A stretch of DNA of 61,313 bases, taken from assembly GCA_945861225.1 (NCBI GenBank), contig CAMATU010000002.1:1-61313 (forward strand). Direction: 5' to 3'. The stretch comes from Klebsiella pneumoniae (GTDB taxonomy: Bacteria > Pseudomonadota > Gammaproteobacteria > Ga0077536). The notes beneath the pieces were generated by a model. That model worked only from the letters and a program-made list of their open reading frames with translations, did no database searches and was not told the origin of the DNA. Positions 39,731-49,316 of the stretch are shown in pieces. Each line of letters starts with the position of its first letter. Positions within the stretch are counted from its first letter, which is position 1. A program made the position numbers and the translations under genes.

Positions 39731-41878
39731 ATGGATAATTCAATGCACGACATCCGTACCTTGGTTACGCGACGCGGCTTTTTGCAGATTATCGGCTTAG
39801 GTGCCGCCGGTTTTTCACTAGGATGGACACCGCGCGATAGCGTTGCTGCGCTGGCACAGTCGCCGCTCTTCAATCACTTCGTGCGCGTGAACGCAGACAA
39901 CACCGTGACGGTCGTGATCAAACATCTCGACAAAGGACAGGGCGTGACGACCGGGTTGACGACAATCGTGGCAGAGGAGATCGACGCAGCGTGGGCGCAA
40001 ATGCGGTGGGAATTCGCGCCGGCCGATGCCACGCGTTACAACAACTTGCAGTGGGGCCCGGTGCAGGGCACGGGTGGATCTTCCTCAATCGCGAACTCGT
40101 GGGAACAACTGCGCAGTGCTGGTGCCGGTGCGCGTGCGATGCTGGTCGCCGCCGCTGCTGACGCCTGGCAGGTACCGGCCGCGGAAATTTCGGTCAGTCA
40201 AGGTTTGCTCAAGCATGCCAGTGGTAAGCGAGCGACATTTGGCGAGCTGGCGGTGGCCGCCGCCACCCAGACGCCACCTGCCGATTTAACCTTGAAGGCG
40301 CTTGAGGATTTCACATTAATCGGCCAAGCCCTGCCACGCATCGACAGCCCCGAAAAAACACATGGCCGCGCGCAGTACACCATCGATGTCGTGCGGCCGG
40401 GCATGTTGCATGCGGTGGTCGCACACCCGCCGCGCTTCGGCGCGACTTTGAAACATTGGGATGCCGCTGCGACAAAACAGATCGCAGGGGTGGTTGAAGT
40501 GGTGGCGATTCCGCGCGGCGTCGCGGTGCTGGCCATGGATTTCTGGTCCGCCAAGCGCGGTCGCGACGCACTTGTGCTGGAATGGGACGAAGCACACGCG
40601 GAACGCCGCAGCAGCGCAGCGCTGTGGCAGACGTTTGCGACACTGGCCACACAGCCGGGCGCGATTGCGCGCAATGACGGTGAGGTCAAGCAAGCATTCG
40701 CGAGCGCGGCCAAGGTGGTCGAAGCGACCTATGAGTTCCCGTATCTCGCCCATGCCGCGATGGAACCGTTGAATGCCGTGTGCGAACTGCGCAGTGATGC
40801 CTGTGAAATCTGGAGTGGCGCGCAAGCGCTGACCACCGATCAGAGAATCGTCGCGCAGTTGACCGGCTTGCAACCTGAGCAGGTGATTATTCATACCCAG
40901 TTCGCGGGCGGCAGTTTCGGGCGCCGCGCGGCGTTGGATTCCGATTACATCGCCGAGGCGGTGATGGTAGCGCAGGCCATCAAGGGTCGCGCGCCCGTCA
41001 AACTGCAGTGGACCCGTGAAGACGATATGCAGAGCGGATGTTTTCGACCGATGGCCTATCACGCACTGCGCGCGGGACTCGATGCCAGCGGTAAGCTCAT
41101 CGCGTGGCAGCACCGAATTGTGGTGCAGAGCTTTCTTCAACGCACACCCTTAGCCGGCATGGTGAAGGACGGTGTCGATGCCACTGCCATCGAAGGCGCG
41201 CACAATCTGCCGTATCAGGTCGCGAATTGTCTGGTTGATATTCACCTGCCGGAGGTTGGTGTGCCCACCTTGTGGTGGCGTTCGGTCGGGCATTCTTTCA
41301 ATGGCTTCGCGACCGAAGCCTTCCTGGATGAAGTGGCAGCCGCGGCCGGGCGTGATCCCATTGCGCTACGGCGCGCGTTGCTGATCGATCATCCGCGGCA
41401 TCTCGGTGTACTTGAGCTCGCCGTCGCACAGGCGGGTCCAGCGCCAACCGGCAAGGGGCAAAGCCGCGGCGTCGCCGTGCACGAGTCGTTCAATTCCTAT
41501 GTCGCGCAAGTCGCAGACATCACCCAACACGCCGACGGCACTTTCAAAGTGGATCGCGTGGTATGCGCCGTCGATTGCGGAATTGCGATCAATCCAGACA
41601 TTGTACGGGCACAGATGGAAGGCGGGATCGGCATGGGCCTGGGTGCGGCGCTGCGTGAGGCCGTCACGCTCAAGGACGGCACTGTGGAACAGATCAATTT
41701 CGATCGCTATCAACCGCTGCGCATCGCTGAGATGCCGCAGGTTGAAGTGCACATCGTGGCCTCAAGAGAGGCACCCAGCGGTGTTGGCGAGCCCGGTGTG
41801 CCGCCGATCGCACCCGCCGTGGCCAACGCACTCTTTGCGCTGACGGGGAAGCCGGTGCGGCGACTGCCTTTTAGTTGA
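39731..41878 (+). CDS. Molybdopterin-binding large subunit (IorB/aldehyde oxidase-like), Tat signal
   Basis: Twin-arginine [30 protein letters not shown], and a C-terminal [17 protein letters not shown]. Confidence 0.85.
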   Translation: MDNSMHDIRTLVTRRGFLQIIGLGAAGFSLGWTPRDSVAALAQSPLFNHFVRVNADNTVTVVIKHLDKGQGVTTGLTTIVAEEIDAAWAQMRWEFAPADATRYNNLQWGPVQGTGGSSSIANSWEQLRSAGAGARAMLVAAAADAWQVPAAEISVSQGLLKHASGKRATFGELAVAAATQTPPADLTLKALEDFTLIGQALPRIDSPEKTHGRAQYTIDVVRPGMLHAVVAHPPRFGATLKHWDAAATKQIAGVVEVVAIPRGVAVLAMDFWSAKRGRDALVLEWDEAHAERRSSAALWQTFATLATQPGAIARNDGEVKQAFASAAKVVEATYEFPYLAHAAMEPLNAVCELRSDACEIWSGAQALTTDQRIVAQLTGLQPEQVIIHTQFAGGSFGRRAALDSDYIAEAVMVAQAIKGRAPVKLQWTREDDMQSGCFRPMAYHALRAGLDASGKLIAWQHRIVVQSFLQRTPLAGMVKDGVDATAIEGAHNLPYQVANCLVDIHLPEVGVPTLWWRSVGHSFNGFATEAFLDEVAAAAGRDPIALRRALLIDHPRHLGVLELAVAQAGPAPTGKGQSRGVAVHESFNSYVAQVADITQHADGTFKVDRVVCAVDCGIAINPDIVRAQMEGGIGMGLGAALREAVTLKDGTVEQINFDRYQPLRIAEMPQVEVHIVASREAPSGVGEPGVPPIAPAVANALFALTGKPVRRLPFS

Positions 41879-41955
41879 GGGGCCCTTAGGCACCTTCATA
41901 AAGCCTTCATCTTTCAGTGCGACCATAGCGCCACTGAAATCTGGAGGACGCGCCG

Positions 41956-42177
41956 ATGCAAACGAGCACTCAAGCAGCATGTTCACCGCTGTTCCGCACA
42001 GCCGGCCGCGTTGGCGCACACACCCTGGCGCGCTGGGCACTGGTGCGGCAAATTGCCGATCTCGAAGAAGCGCTCGCCGATAGCTATCACTGCGCAGATC
42101 GCGATCCCGCTTTTACCTGGACCGAAGGCACCCGCAGCCTGCTCGCGGAAAAGCGCTTGGCGCTGCGCAATCTCTGA
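41956..42177 (+). CDS. Hypothetical protein (73 aa)
   Basis: GGAGGA RBS 8 nt upstream and coding-like third-position GC. I recognise no domain. Confidence 0.4.
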   Translation: MQTSTQAACSPLFRTAGRVGAHTLARWALVRQIADLEEALADSYHCADRDPAFTWTEGTRSLLAEKRLALRNL

Positions 42178-42199
42178 TTCCCGCCAGAAAGCATCGATA

Positions 42200-42412
42200 A
42201 TGTGCAGCGCAGACGATCTCGATCAGGCGCAAACTCTGATCGAGATTGGGACAGCGGCCACGATCGCGACTATCGTCGCGTGCGCTCGCAACGGGTGCGG
42301 TACCGCGAACTGTGTTGAATGTGGCGATCCGATTCCACGTCGGCGGCGCGAGATGGTGCCGAATGCGATCCGTTGCGTGGCGTGTCAGCAGTCCATCGAA
42401 ACGCCACGTTGA
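42200..42412 (+). CDS. TraR/DksA-family C4 zinc-finger protein
   Basis: DLDQAQ...CVECGDPIPRRRREMVPNAIRCVACQQ; 70 aa. Confidence 0.6.
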   Translation: MCSADDLDQAQTLIEIGTAATIATIVACARNGCGTANCVECGDPIPRRRREMVPNAIRCVACQQSIETPR

Positions 42413-42431
42413 TAGGGTTCAACTGCCTTTT

Positions 42432-43880
42432 CTAGCTTGAACCGACCCAACAACCGTGTAGCGGCGCCGGTAATAATTGATCGAACCAGATCTTGGCGAG
42501 CGGCGGGGCATCGGTCGCGAGCCCATCCCACACACCTAACCAACTCGCGCGCGCAGTGCGGTCCTGGATCAACGAAAGTACATACACATCGTTTTCAATT
42601 GCAGAGCGCGGCACCAAGGCGGGCTCGCTCACTTCGCATCCCGGACCAGGATTGATCATTTTTGCAGTCCCGCGTTCGAGGTCAATGCAGGCCAGGCGAT
42701 TAAATCCGCCTCGATTCGCCTCGCCCATGGCGTGAGCCGCCGCCCAGCTTTGGTGATGAAGACTGCCCTGGACTTCTTTATGCACGGCAGGAAACTCCAG
42801 CGGATGCGCCCAACGTTCCTCCCACTGGATGCGGCGAGCGTTCATATCAATTCGGCCACGCCACAAGCTACCGTTCAGGGGCTGCACTGGCGCGCCGTCT
42901 GATACCGCGTCCAGCGCACGTTTAACGCCCAGGAAATCGGGGTAACGGACCAAATCCAGCACGATCTCCCTGCCATTAGAAGCCTCATACGCATTGACCG
43001 AGTGAAAGAAGAAGAAAGGCTCAGTCTCCAATCGAATCGACTCGTCTGGGCGGTCGATGGGAATCACGATGACCGTCGTCGGCGCCGACGCATTCCACTG
43101 CAGTGATTCCACGAAGCTGCCATTGCGCAACATCGCGAGCGGCGAACACCACAACGGTGGCAGCACGAATACGAGGTGATTGTCGGTGACAAAGAAATCG
43201 TGCACTTCGCTCACCCCGGGAACAAGGACAGACGTTAATAAGCGCGGTTCGCCCTGGCTCGGCAATGCGAAGACATCCAGCCAGCAACGGGGCCCGATGC
43301 GCAGGCCAAACTGGTAAATCGTATGTCGACTCGCCACTCGGTGCGGGTGTGCGTTCCAGGCTTTCGGGATCAGGCCCTTGAGATCGGTCTCGCCTAACGA
43401 GGCCAGAGTCGCGGGATCAATCTCAAGCGGCAACGTGGTCTCGAACAACGCGAATAACCGGCCCTGCCAAGGCATTACATTGATGTTGGCGGCGTTACGC
43501 ACGGGACTCGCGCCGAATAGTGCGCGTAAGCGTTGGGCCACCGATGCGCGTTGGCGAAACGCGCCATAACGTGGACGATCGCGGCCAATGTCTGCGTCAT
43601 TACTGGGGCTATGAATAAGCTTGACCGCGCCCTGTGCGGACGCGCCATCAAGCCGCACGGCGGTGATGGCGCCGGTGCCATCAAACCAGTGCGGATTGAC
43701 CCCGATGTCGAAACGCGCAGGGCCATTACGATAAAACGTGCCGCGCAGATCCGCCGGGAGAGTTCCCTCCACGCGCAAGGCACGGAATTCCTGTTCTCGC
43801 TCCAGGCTAAGTAACGTGTGGGAGCGCAGTCGCGAAGGACCTGTCGCCGTTGTCAGCAAGGAATCGGTCAGGGCATGCAT
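42432..43880 (-). CDS. Carotenoid/stilbene cleavage oxygenase family protein
   Basis: FYRNGPARFD...HWFDGTGA, plus a conserved His pattern (WNAHPH, FHSVNAYE). Confidence 0.85.
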   Translation of the reverse strand: MHALTDSLLTTATGPSRLRSHTLLSLEREQEFRALRVEGTLPADLRGTFYRNGPARFDIGVNPHWFDGTGAITAVRLDGASAQGAVKLIHSPSNDADIGRDRPRYGAFRQRASVAQRLRALFGASPVRNAANINVMPWQGRLFALFETTLPLEIDPATLASLGETDLKGLIPKAWNAHPHRVASRHTIYQFGLRIGPRCWLDVFALPSQGEPRLLTSVLVPGVSEVHDFFVTDNHLVFVLPPLWCSPLAMLRNGSFVESLQWNASAPTTVIVIPIDRPDESIRLETEPFFFFHSVNAYEASNGREIVLDLVRYPDFLGVKRALDAVSDGAPVQPLNGSLWRGRIDMNARRIQWEERWAHPLEFPAVHKEVQGSLHHQSWAAAHAMGEANRGGFNRLACIDLERGTAKMINPGPGCEVSEPALVPRSAIENDVYVLSLIQDRTARASWLGVWDGLATDAPPLAKIWFDQLLPAPLHGCWVGSS

Positions 43881-43945
43881 CGCGAACCTCTGCTAAGGCT
43901 TGAAGATCTAATGGTGACACTGTAAACATAACGTAGACGCCGGAG

Positions 43946-44590
43946 TTGACGATGTCAACACGGTTCTGGAATATTCGTCGTATGCGTGCGCAATACCATC
44001 ATGGCGATCTCCGCGGCAGTTTGCTGGAAGCCGCCTTGGCCGGCCTCGACCAACACGGCGAACTCCCGTCCTGGCGCGCCCTCGCTCGCGCGTGCGCAGT
44101 CTCGCAAACGGCGCCCTACCGTCATTTTGAGAACCTGGAAGCGCTGCAGATCGCAGTGGCCACTGAATGCTTTGCGCGACTAACGCAGACCATTCGCGCG
44201 GCAACCGAGAAATTGCACGATCCCTTCGAACGTCTCGCGCGCGGCCTGCAGGCGTATGTCGCGTTCGGTCGCGCCCATCCAAGCTGGTATGAATTGATGT
44301 TCGGTCGCACCTTGGTGAAGTCGGGCGACGAAGCTCTCCAGGCGGCGGGTGCGACGGCCTACGGCACGCTCGTCGAGGCGATTGCCGCCTGCGAAGTTAC
44401 AACACCTGCAGAGGTGGCTTTCACGCTGTGGTGTGCGGTGCATGGGATCACCGATTTAGCGGCGAGCAATTTGCAGCCACCGCTACCGAAGCGCACCAGG
44501 CACAATCCAACTGATAGTGTGGTCACCATGTGCGTGAATCACGTGCGTGAAGTATTGCGCATGCAGCGCGCGAGTAGCGTGCGCGAGTAG
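43946..44590 (+). CDS. TetR/AcrR family transcriptional regulator
   Basis: The HTH is SWRALARACAVSQTAPYRHFENLEAL. It is divergent from the oxygenase. The start may be ATG 43952. Confidence 0.85.
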   Translation: MTMSTRFWNIRRMRAQYHHGDLRGSLLEAALAGLDQHGELPSWRALARACAVSQTAPYRHFENLEALQIAVATECFARLTQTIRAATEKLHDPFERLARGLQAYVAFGRAHPSWYELMFGRTLVKSGDEALQAAGATAYGTLVEAIAACEVTTPAEVAFTLWCAVHGITDLAASNLQPPLPKRTRHNPTDSVVTMCVNHVREVLRMQRASSVRE

Positions 44591-44659
44591 ACGTCGCCGC
44601 GCGTTGTTTCAACTTCTCTTCAAGTTGCTCATATTCACAGACCATGTGGTCTTTTCTTC

Positions 44660-45025
44660 CCGCGGCCGACATTTGCCGAGCTGGAGGCGATCAAGGCGCT
44701 GGTCTTCAACATTTTCGCGCCACCGATTTCGGCGCTGCTGGCCGTGAACGCCAGTGACGAGATTGTGCCCTCCCAATACGCGCTCGATATCAAAAGCGCG
44801 GGTCTCGACCTCATCACCGGGTCATTCGAGCGTTCAGATTTGCGCAAAGGCGCCTCTGCGGCCGCTTTCTACTGGGCCTTCGATCCCCAAGGCAAAGCCG
44901 TGAAGAAGGACAGCGACATGTACAAAGCGCTGCATGTACTCGCCAAGGATGTACGCGTCCTCGGCCTCTTCTCGGATTGGCCGGCGACCGTTAGCTACTA
45001 CGCGAGCTGCATGGGTTTGCAATAG
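44660..45025 (+). pseudogene. 3' remnant of a glycerophosphodiester phosphodiesterase gene
   Basis: The frame is open from the tetR stop. Only the C-terminal third is present: ...FAPPISALL...IVPSQYALDIKSAGLDLITGSFER...VLGLFSDWPATVSYYASCMGLQ. There is no N-terminal catalytic half and no signal peptide. Confidence 0.45.
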
Positions 45026-45031
45026 GGTTGG

Positions 45032-45064
45032 TCGATGAGTGGCGCGTTGCGCGTCACTCATCGA
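45032..45064 (+). terminator. Hairpin terminator candidate
   Basis: tcgatgagtg-(13 nt)-cactcatcga followed by ttt. Confidence 0.4.
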
Positions 45065-45273
45065 TTTACACGCTAGGCGCGGCAGGGTCGAGACCGGCGC
45101 GTTATCGGCCTTAGTCAGCAGCGTGCCGATCAGGTTGTAGTGTGGCGGGAGAGGGCAGGATACGCCGCAGGTGTGATGGCGCTGGGGCAGACTGATCGGC
45201 GGGAACGAACGACCGTGAGATAAGCACGGTGTGCAGCCGCCACGCGCTGTGCGGCTGCACTTGAGTGTGTCGT

Positions 45274-46062
45274 TTAAACCGTAATGCGACGGCGACGGCC
45301 GACCACGGCAAAACCTGCGAGCGCTGAAGCCAGCAGCGGCAACGCGGCTGGAGCCGGGACTGGGACAACTTCAAACAGGGTGTTGAAAGTCACCTTATCC
45401 TTGGCCGAGAGATTAAACGACAACGTTATCCCGATGTTGCTGTTCACACCCGGACCACCCGCGAGGAACGCGGGAAAACTCAGGCTGTCGTCAACGGCAT
45501 TGGCCGAACAGTTTGGATCGAGCGGTCCGCCGACGCACCCGAGGCTGATCCCAAACAGGTCAAGCAGCGTGACGCCGTCAATTTTGCCGGTGTACACGCC
45601 GGGCGATGCGCCTGGTGCCGACGACACATCAAGATCGGCCGTCACGTTCAGGTCGCCCAAATCGAATACGGTGGCAGCCAACTGCCCACGATACAAAGTT
45701 GGTCCCGTAACCACCGGCAGTACCGGCAGCAGAAGATTAACGGTGAAGTTCTGTGCCACGGCCGCAAGGTTGGTCAGGCTGATGGTGCCTGCGATCAGGG
45801 GATCCGGATCGAAGGTCAGATCCCAGGCGAACTCCCACTTGCCCGGATTGATCGTGCCAGCGCCCTGCGAGCGCCAGAGGTTGCCGGCCGCGCCATCGAG
45901 ATCCTCAAAGATTGCGCCATCGGTGATAGGAACGGTTTCAGCGTCGTTGCTGCCGACGACCGCCACTGTGAAATCAGGCTGTACCTGTACCACTGCCTGT
46001 GCCACGCCGGCCAGGCCCATCGAGGTCATCACTGCTAGTGAACGAATCCAGGTTCCACGCAT
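45274..46062 (-). CDS. Secreted protein of unknown family with VPxPA-CTERM-like sorting tail (paralog 1)
   Basis: Signal peptide MRGTWIRSLAVMTSMGLAGVAQA. The C-terminus is VPVPAPAALPLLASALAGFAVVGRRRR. GGGAGA RBS. Confidence 0.7.
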   Translation of the reverse strand: MRGTWIRSLAVMTSMGLAGVAQAVVQVQPDFTVAVVGSNDAETVPITDGAIFEDLDGAAGNLWRSQGAGTINPGKWEFAWDLTFDPDPLIAGTISLTNLAAVAQNFTVNLLLPVLPVVTGPTLYRGQLAATVFDLGDLNVTADLDVSSAPGASPGVYTGKIDGVTLLDLFGISLGCVGGPLDPNCSANAVDDSLSFPAFLAGGPGVNSNIGITLSFNLSAKDKVTFNTLFEVVPVPAPAALPLLASALAGFAVVGRRRRITV

Positions 46063-46338
46063 CGCTTCATTCTCCCTTGGTTGATTGCCGCGGATCTCCT
46101 ACGAGGGTTGTCCCGGACGGTTCTTTGACATGCTGGAAACAGTAACCCGGTGGTGTGACTGCTGAATGAAGACCGGATGAAGATTTGTGGTCAGCCGAAA
46201 GAAGTTGGATGAGGCAGGACAACCCGTCACAACTTTTTCACATTCGATGGTGGCCGGTATTTGCGCCCGGCATGCAGAACGGGGCGATCACAGCCCGAGC
46301 TATGGTCGCCCCGTATTCGAGAACCCGTGGGGCAGAGA

Positions 46339-47163
46339 TTAAGCGGCTTTGCGCCGCGCGCCGACAGCAATCAAGCCACCAAGTGCCGAGAACAGTAACG
46401 GCAATGCGGCGGGGACCGGCACCGGTACGACTTCGAACGTTGTATTGAACGTAACCTTGTCACCCGCCGACAGGCTGAAGCGCAACGTAGTGCCGATCGA
46501 CGAATTAACGGCTGGGCCCGGTGACAGGAAGCTCGGGTGGCCAAGGCTCGTTTCCGAAGTGCTGGCATTGCAGCCGACACCGCTGCAGTTCAGGGTCGTC
46601 GCGAGCAGATCGAGCAGATCGAGCAGATCGAGCAGATCGAGCAGCGAGAGCGCCATATTGCCGTCGGTGCGGCCCGCGTAAATCCCGGGTTGGGTTGCGC
46701 TGCTCGCCTCGCTGAACGTGGCGCTGCCGGAATTGTTGAAATCCTCAACCAGCGTGCTGATCGATCCGCGGTATGCGGTTGGCGCGGCAAGCGGGCTGAC
46801 GGGCAGCAGCAGATTAACCGAGAAATCACGGGTTGCAGCGGCCAGATTGCGAATGGAGAGGTTGCCGTTGATGAACGGATCCGGATCGAAGGTCAGGTCC
46901 CAGGTCATGAACCAGTTGGTGAAACCGGTCCCGCTACTGCCTGAGGTGCTGGTATCTCCCTTGAGCTTCCATACATTGCCGGCATCGCCATCGAGATCGA
47001 TCAACGTGGTGCCGGCTGAGGTGTACTGCGGAGCGGCGACGTTGTTAAAAGTGACCTGCAGATCGAACGCGGGTGGGTTCGGGTTAACCACCGCCGCAAG
47101 ACTCGGTCCCGCGCAACCTATCGCGGCAAGCGCCACGCAAGAACGCATTAGTTTTCCACGCAT
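46339..47163 (-). CDS. Secreted protein of unknown family with VPxPA-CTERM-like sorting tail (paralog 2)
   Basis: Signal peptide MRGKLMRSCVALAAIGCAGPSLA. It shares the blocks WDLTFDPDP, NLAA..(R/Q)(D/N)F(S/T)VNLLLPV and DKVTFNT.FEVVPVP with paralog 1. The C-terminus is VPVPVPAALPLLFSALGGLIAVGARRK. AAGGAG RBS. Confidence 0.7.
   Translation of the reverse strand: MRGKLMRSCVALAAIGCAGPSLAAVVNPNPPAFDLQVTFNNVAAPQYTSAGTTLIDLDGDAGNVWKLKGDTSTSGSSGTGFTNWFMTWDLTFDPDPFINGNLSIRNLAAATRDFSVNLLLPVSPLAAPTAYRGSISTLVEDFNNSGSATFSEASSATQPGIYAGRTDGNMALSLLDLLDLLDLLDLLATTLNCSGVGCNASTSETSLGHPSFLSPGPAVNSSIGTTLRFSLSAGDKVTFNTTFEVVPVPVPAALPLLFSALGGLIAVGARRKAA
46603..46644 (-). repeat. In-frame 9-bp tandem repeat (gagcagatc x 4.7) encoding (DLL)n
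   Basis: Direct reading gives gagcagatc repeated at 46603, 46612, 46621 and 46630, plus a partial copy. Paralog 1 has a single LLDL at the aligned position. Confidence 0.9.
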
Positions 47164-47370
47164 CTCTTTTTACTCCTTCTTGACTCCGGTAACGATGAAG
47201 GCGCGCGCTGCGACGCCTGTGTGGCTGTAGAGCTGGTGACCACGTTAAGTGCGGGGTGTTACTCAGGAGTGAAGATTCGATGAAGATTTCGATACAAAGG
47301 GACACACTTGGGAGCGTGCTGCGCGAAGAAAAAAAAATAGACCGGATTTGAAATATTTTCGCAGTCCTCG

Positions 47371-47432
47371 GTAGGCGCGGCTTTAGCCGCGAACAGCGCT
47401 GAATCGCCCCTCGCGGCTAAAGCCGCTCCTAC
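47371..47432. repeat. Family-A REP inverted pair
   Basis: gtaggcgcggctttagccgcgaacag at 47371-47396, and tcgcggctaaagccgctcctac at 47411-47432. Confidence 0.85.
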
Positions 47433-47574
47433 CGAAATGCCTGCTTGGCCTGGCCTGTCTCCCTAGCGACGCTTAAACCAATGCTTTTTCCCTTAAGTTA
47501 AATGCCACTCAGGCAATGCACCGTTGACACCTCGACTCGGATTATTTCAACCCCGGCCCGGATTTCAGCATGGG

Positions 47575-49212
47575 CTACAGCAGCTTATTCAGCCCCGGCT
47601 GCCCCACGATCAAACCGTATGCGGCCAGATCGAACAGCGCGAGCTCGGCCGACGGCACCGTGAAGACGGGGTCCGCCACGCGGGTCACCGCGCGGAAATC
47701 CGTGCGCCATTGATCGGGTGTGACAGTGCAGATCGCGTAACCCCGGTGCAGGCCATCGAAGTGACGGATATGGGGATTCGAAGGCAGCGTGAAATTCACC
47801 GCCGCCGCGTTGTTGTCGCCGAAGGAAGAGGAGATCCCGCTGCACACGAATTCCGCGCCGACGATTGGCGACTGCGCATCGCTGAAATCGCGCTTCAGAT
47901 TGGCAGCCCACGAGGAATGAATGTCGCCGCTCAGTACCACGGTGTTCGGAATTTGTGCGTCGTGCAGGAACTGCATGATCCGGTTTCGAGCGACCTGGTA
48001 ACCATCCCACGCATCGACATTGAAGAAGTTGACCGGCTGTCCGGTCAGCACGCCGAGATCCCACTGCATCATCATCACCTGCTGGGCGAGCACGTTCCAG
48101 GTCGCGTCACTGTGGCGCAGCTGATCAAACATCCAGGTCTCCTGCTCTGCACCGAGCAAGGTTGCTTCGGGATCGAGAATGGCCGGGCATTGCTGCAGGA
48201 TTTGCAGACCATCCGCACAGGGTTGGTCGCTGCGGAACTGTCGGGAATCGAGCACCAGGAACTGCGCGAGCCGGCCGTAACGTACGCGGCGGTACAGGCT
48301 GAGTTCACCCTGGCGCAGTCGCACCCCACGCTCAAGCGGCATGGTCTCGCGATAGACCTGATAGGCATTGGTGCGTCGTGCGAGAAAGGCCGCAGCCGTT
48401 TGATCGTCTTCGGGAATGAGGCCCGCATAGTTGTTATCGACCTCGTGATCGTCGCTCGTCACGATAAACGGAAACGCGGCGTGCGCATTCTGCAGATGCG
48501 GATCGAGACGATACAGTGCGTAGCGATTGCGGTAATCGCTGACTGAGTTGATCTCGGCACCGGTATGCCGTCGTGCGGCGGGGACTGCGGCATCCGCGCC
48601 GTATTCATAAATGTAATCCCCCACGTGCAGCACGAAATCGAGTTCCTGGGTGAGCATGTCGCGATAGGCGGCGTAGTAGCCCTGCTCATAGTGCTGGCAC
48701 GAAGCAAGTGCGAAGCGCAGATGCGGCACTCGCGCGCCAGCGCGGGGGAACGTGCGGGTGCGACCGATTCGACTGCGCGATCCGCGGTGCGAGAATTGAT
48801 AGTAGTACCACTGGTCGGGCTCGAGCCCGTTCACTGTCACATTCACCGCATGACCCTGTTCCGGTCGCGCGTCCACGTCGCCATCGCGCACGATGTGACG
48901 CATGGCCGGGTCGCGTGCCACGCGCCAGCGGAGCTCGTGCGAACGATTGCCCATGCCGCCCCCATTCAGGGGATCTGGCGCGAGGCGTGTCCATAACACC
49001 ACGCCGTGCGGGCTGGGGTCCCCCGAAGCGACGCCGAGCGTAAACAGCGAATCAGGTCGATCCTCGCCGTGCGCCCACGCGCTGCGCAGCGCACTCGGCA
49101 CGCAGGACGCGGCTGTGATGAGCGCTCCGCGCTGGATGAACTGGCGGCGCGGCTGATCAATTTCGCGCGTGTCGTCGGTTGGAATAGTGCGGTCCTCAAC
49201 AAGGTTGTCCAT
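47575..49212 (-). CDS. phoD: Alkaline phosphatase D family protein (PhoD), Tat signal
   Basis: Twin-arginine QPRRQFIQRGALITAAS, FTLGVASGDP, the metallophosphatase block HVGDYIYEY, and DDHEVDNNYA. Confidence 0.9.
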   Translation of the reverse strand: MDNLVEDRTIPTDDTREIDQPRRQFIQRGALITAASCVPSALRSAWAHGEDRPDSLFTLGVASGDPSPHGVVLWTRLAPDPLNGGGMGNRSHELRWRVARDPAMRHIVRDGDVDARPEQGHAVNVTVNGLEPDQWYYYQFSHRGSRSRIGRTRTFPRAGARVPHLRFALASCQHYEQGYYAAYRDMLTQELDFVLHVGDYIYEYGADAAVPAARRHTGAEINSVSDYRNRYALYRLDPHLQNAHAAFPFIVTSDDHEVDNNYAGLIPEDDQTAAAFLARRTNAYQVYRETMPLERGVRLRQGELSLYRRVRYGRLAQFLVLDSRQFRSDQPCADGLQILQQCPAILDPEATLLGAEQETWMFDQLRHSDATWNVLAQQVMMMQWDLGVLTGQPVNFFNVDAWDGYQVARNRIMQFLHDAQIPNTVVLSGDIHSSWAANLKRDFSDAQSPIVGAEFVCSGISSSFGDNNAAAVNFTLPSNPHIRHFDGLHRGYAICTVTPDQWRTDFRAVTRVADPVFTVPSAELALFDLAAYGLIVGQPGLNKLL

Positions 49213-49298
49213 GGCGATCTCCGGTGGCAGAAGAATTCGAGTGTTGATTACCTTAGAGGCTGCAGATGACTCCCTGAAGAACGGGGTGTTTCAGCTTC

Positions 49299-49316
49299 AT
49301 GACAAGTGGCTAACAG
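49299..49316 (-). promoter_or_regulatory. Pho-box candidate upstream of phoD (divergent region shared with 49406 gene)
   Basis: The minus strand reads CTGTTAGccacTTGTCAT with an 11-bp period. It lies about 90 nt upstream of ATG 49212. Confidence 0.45.

Noticed and set aside
40316-41140. 274-aa minus-strand ORF inside the IorB-like gene, and similar antisense ORFs at 12038-12649, 57331-57954, 7920-8540, 9383-9985 and 11172-11744
   Set aside because: All lie antisense to genes with clear family signatures, have no recognisable motifs, and show amino-acid bias typical of GC-rich antisense frames.
41956-42412. Prophage remnant suggested by the TraR/DksA-type zinc-finger gene
   Set aside because: Only two small genes are present, flanked by ordinary metabolic genes. 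There is no integrase, no structural or lysis genes, and no att-like repeats, so the evidence is insufficient.
45284-46084. 266-aa plus-strand ORF antisense to secreted paralog 1 (and likewise 46718-47230 and 46349-46681 against paralog 2)
   Set aside because: The translations are Ser/Pro/Arg-rich nonsense with no RBS. The minus-strand frames have a signal peptide, an RBS and a paralogous partner.
46603-46644. Possible CRISPR array or other spacer-repeat structure (also considered for the REP mosaics)
   Set aside because: The 9-bp units are directly adjacent with no spacers and lie inside a CDS. The REP families are palindromic, irregularly spaced and dispersed, and no cas genes are present.
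47524-48546. 340-aa plus-strand ORF antisense to PhoD (47575-49212)
   Set aside because: The translation is low-complexity and Arg/Gly/His-rich with no domain. The opposite strand encodes an unambiguous PhoD with a Tat signal.
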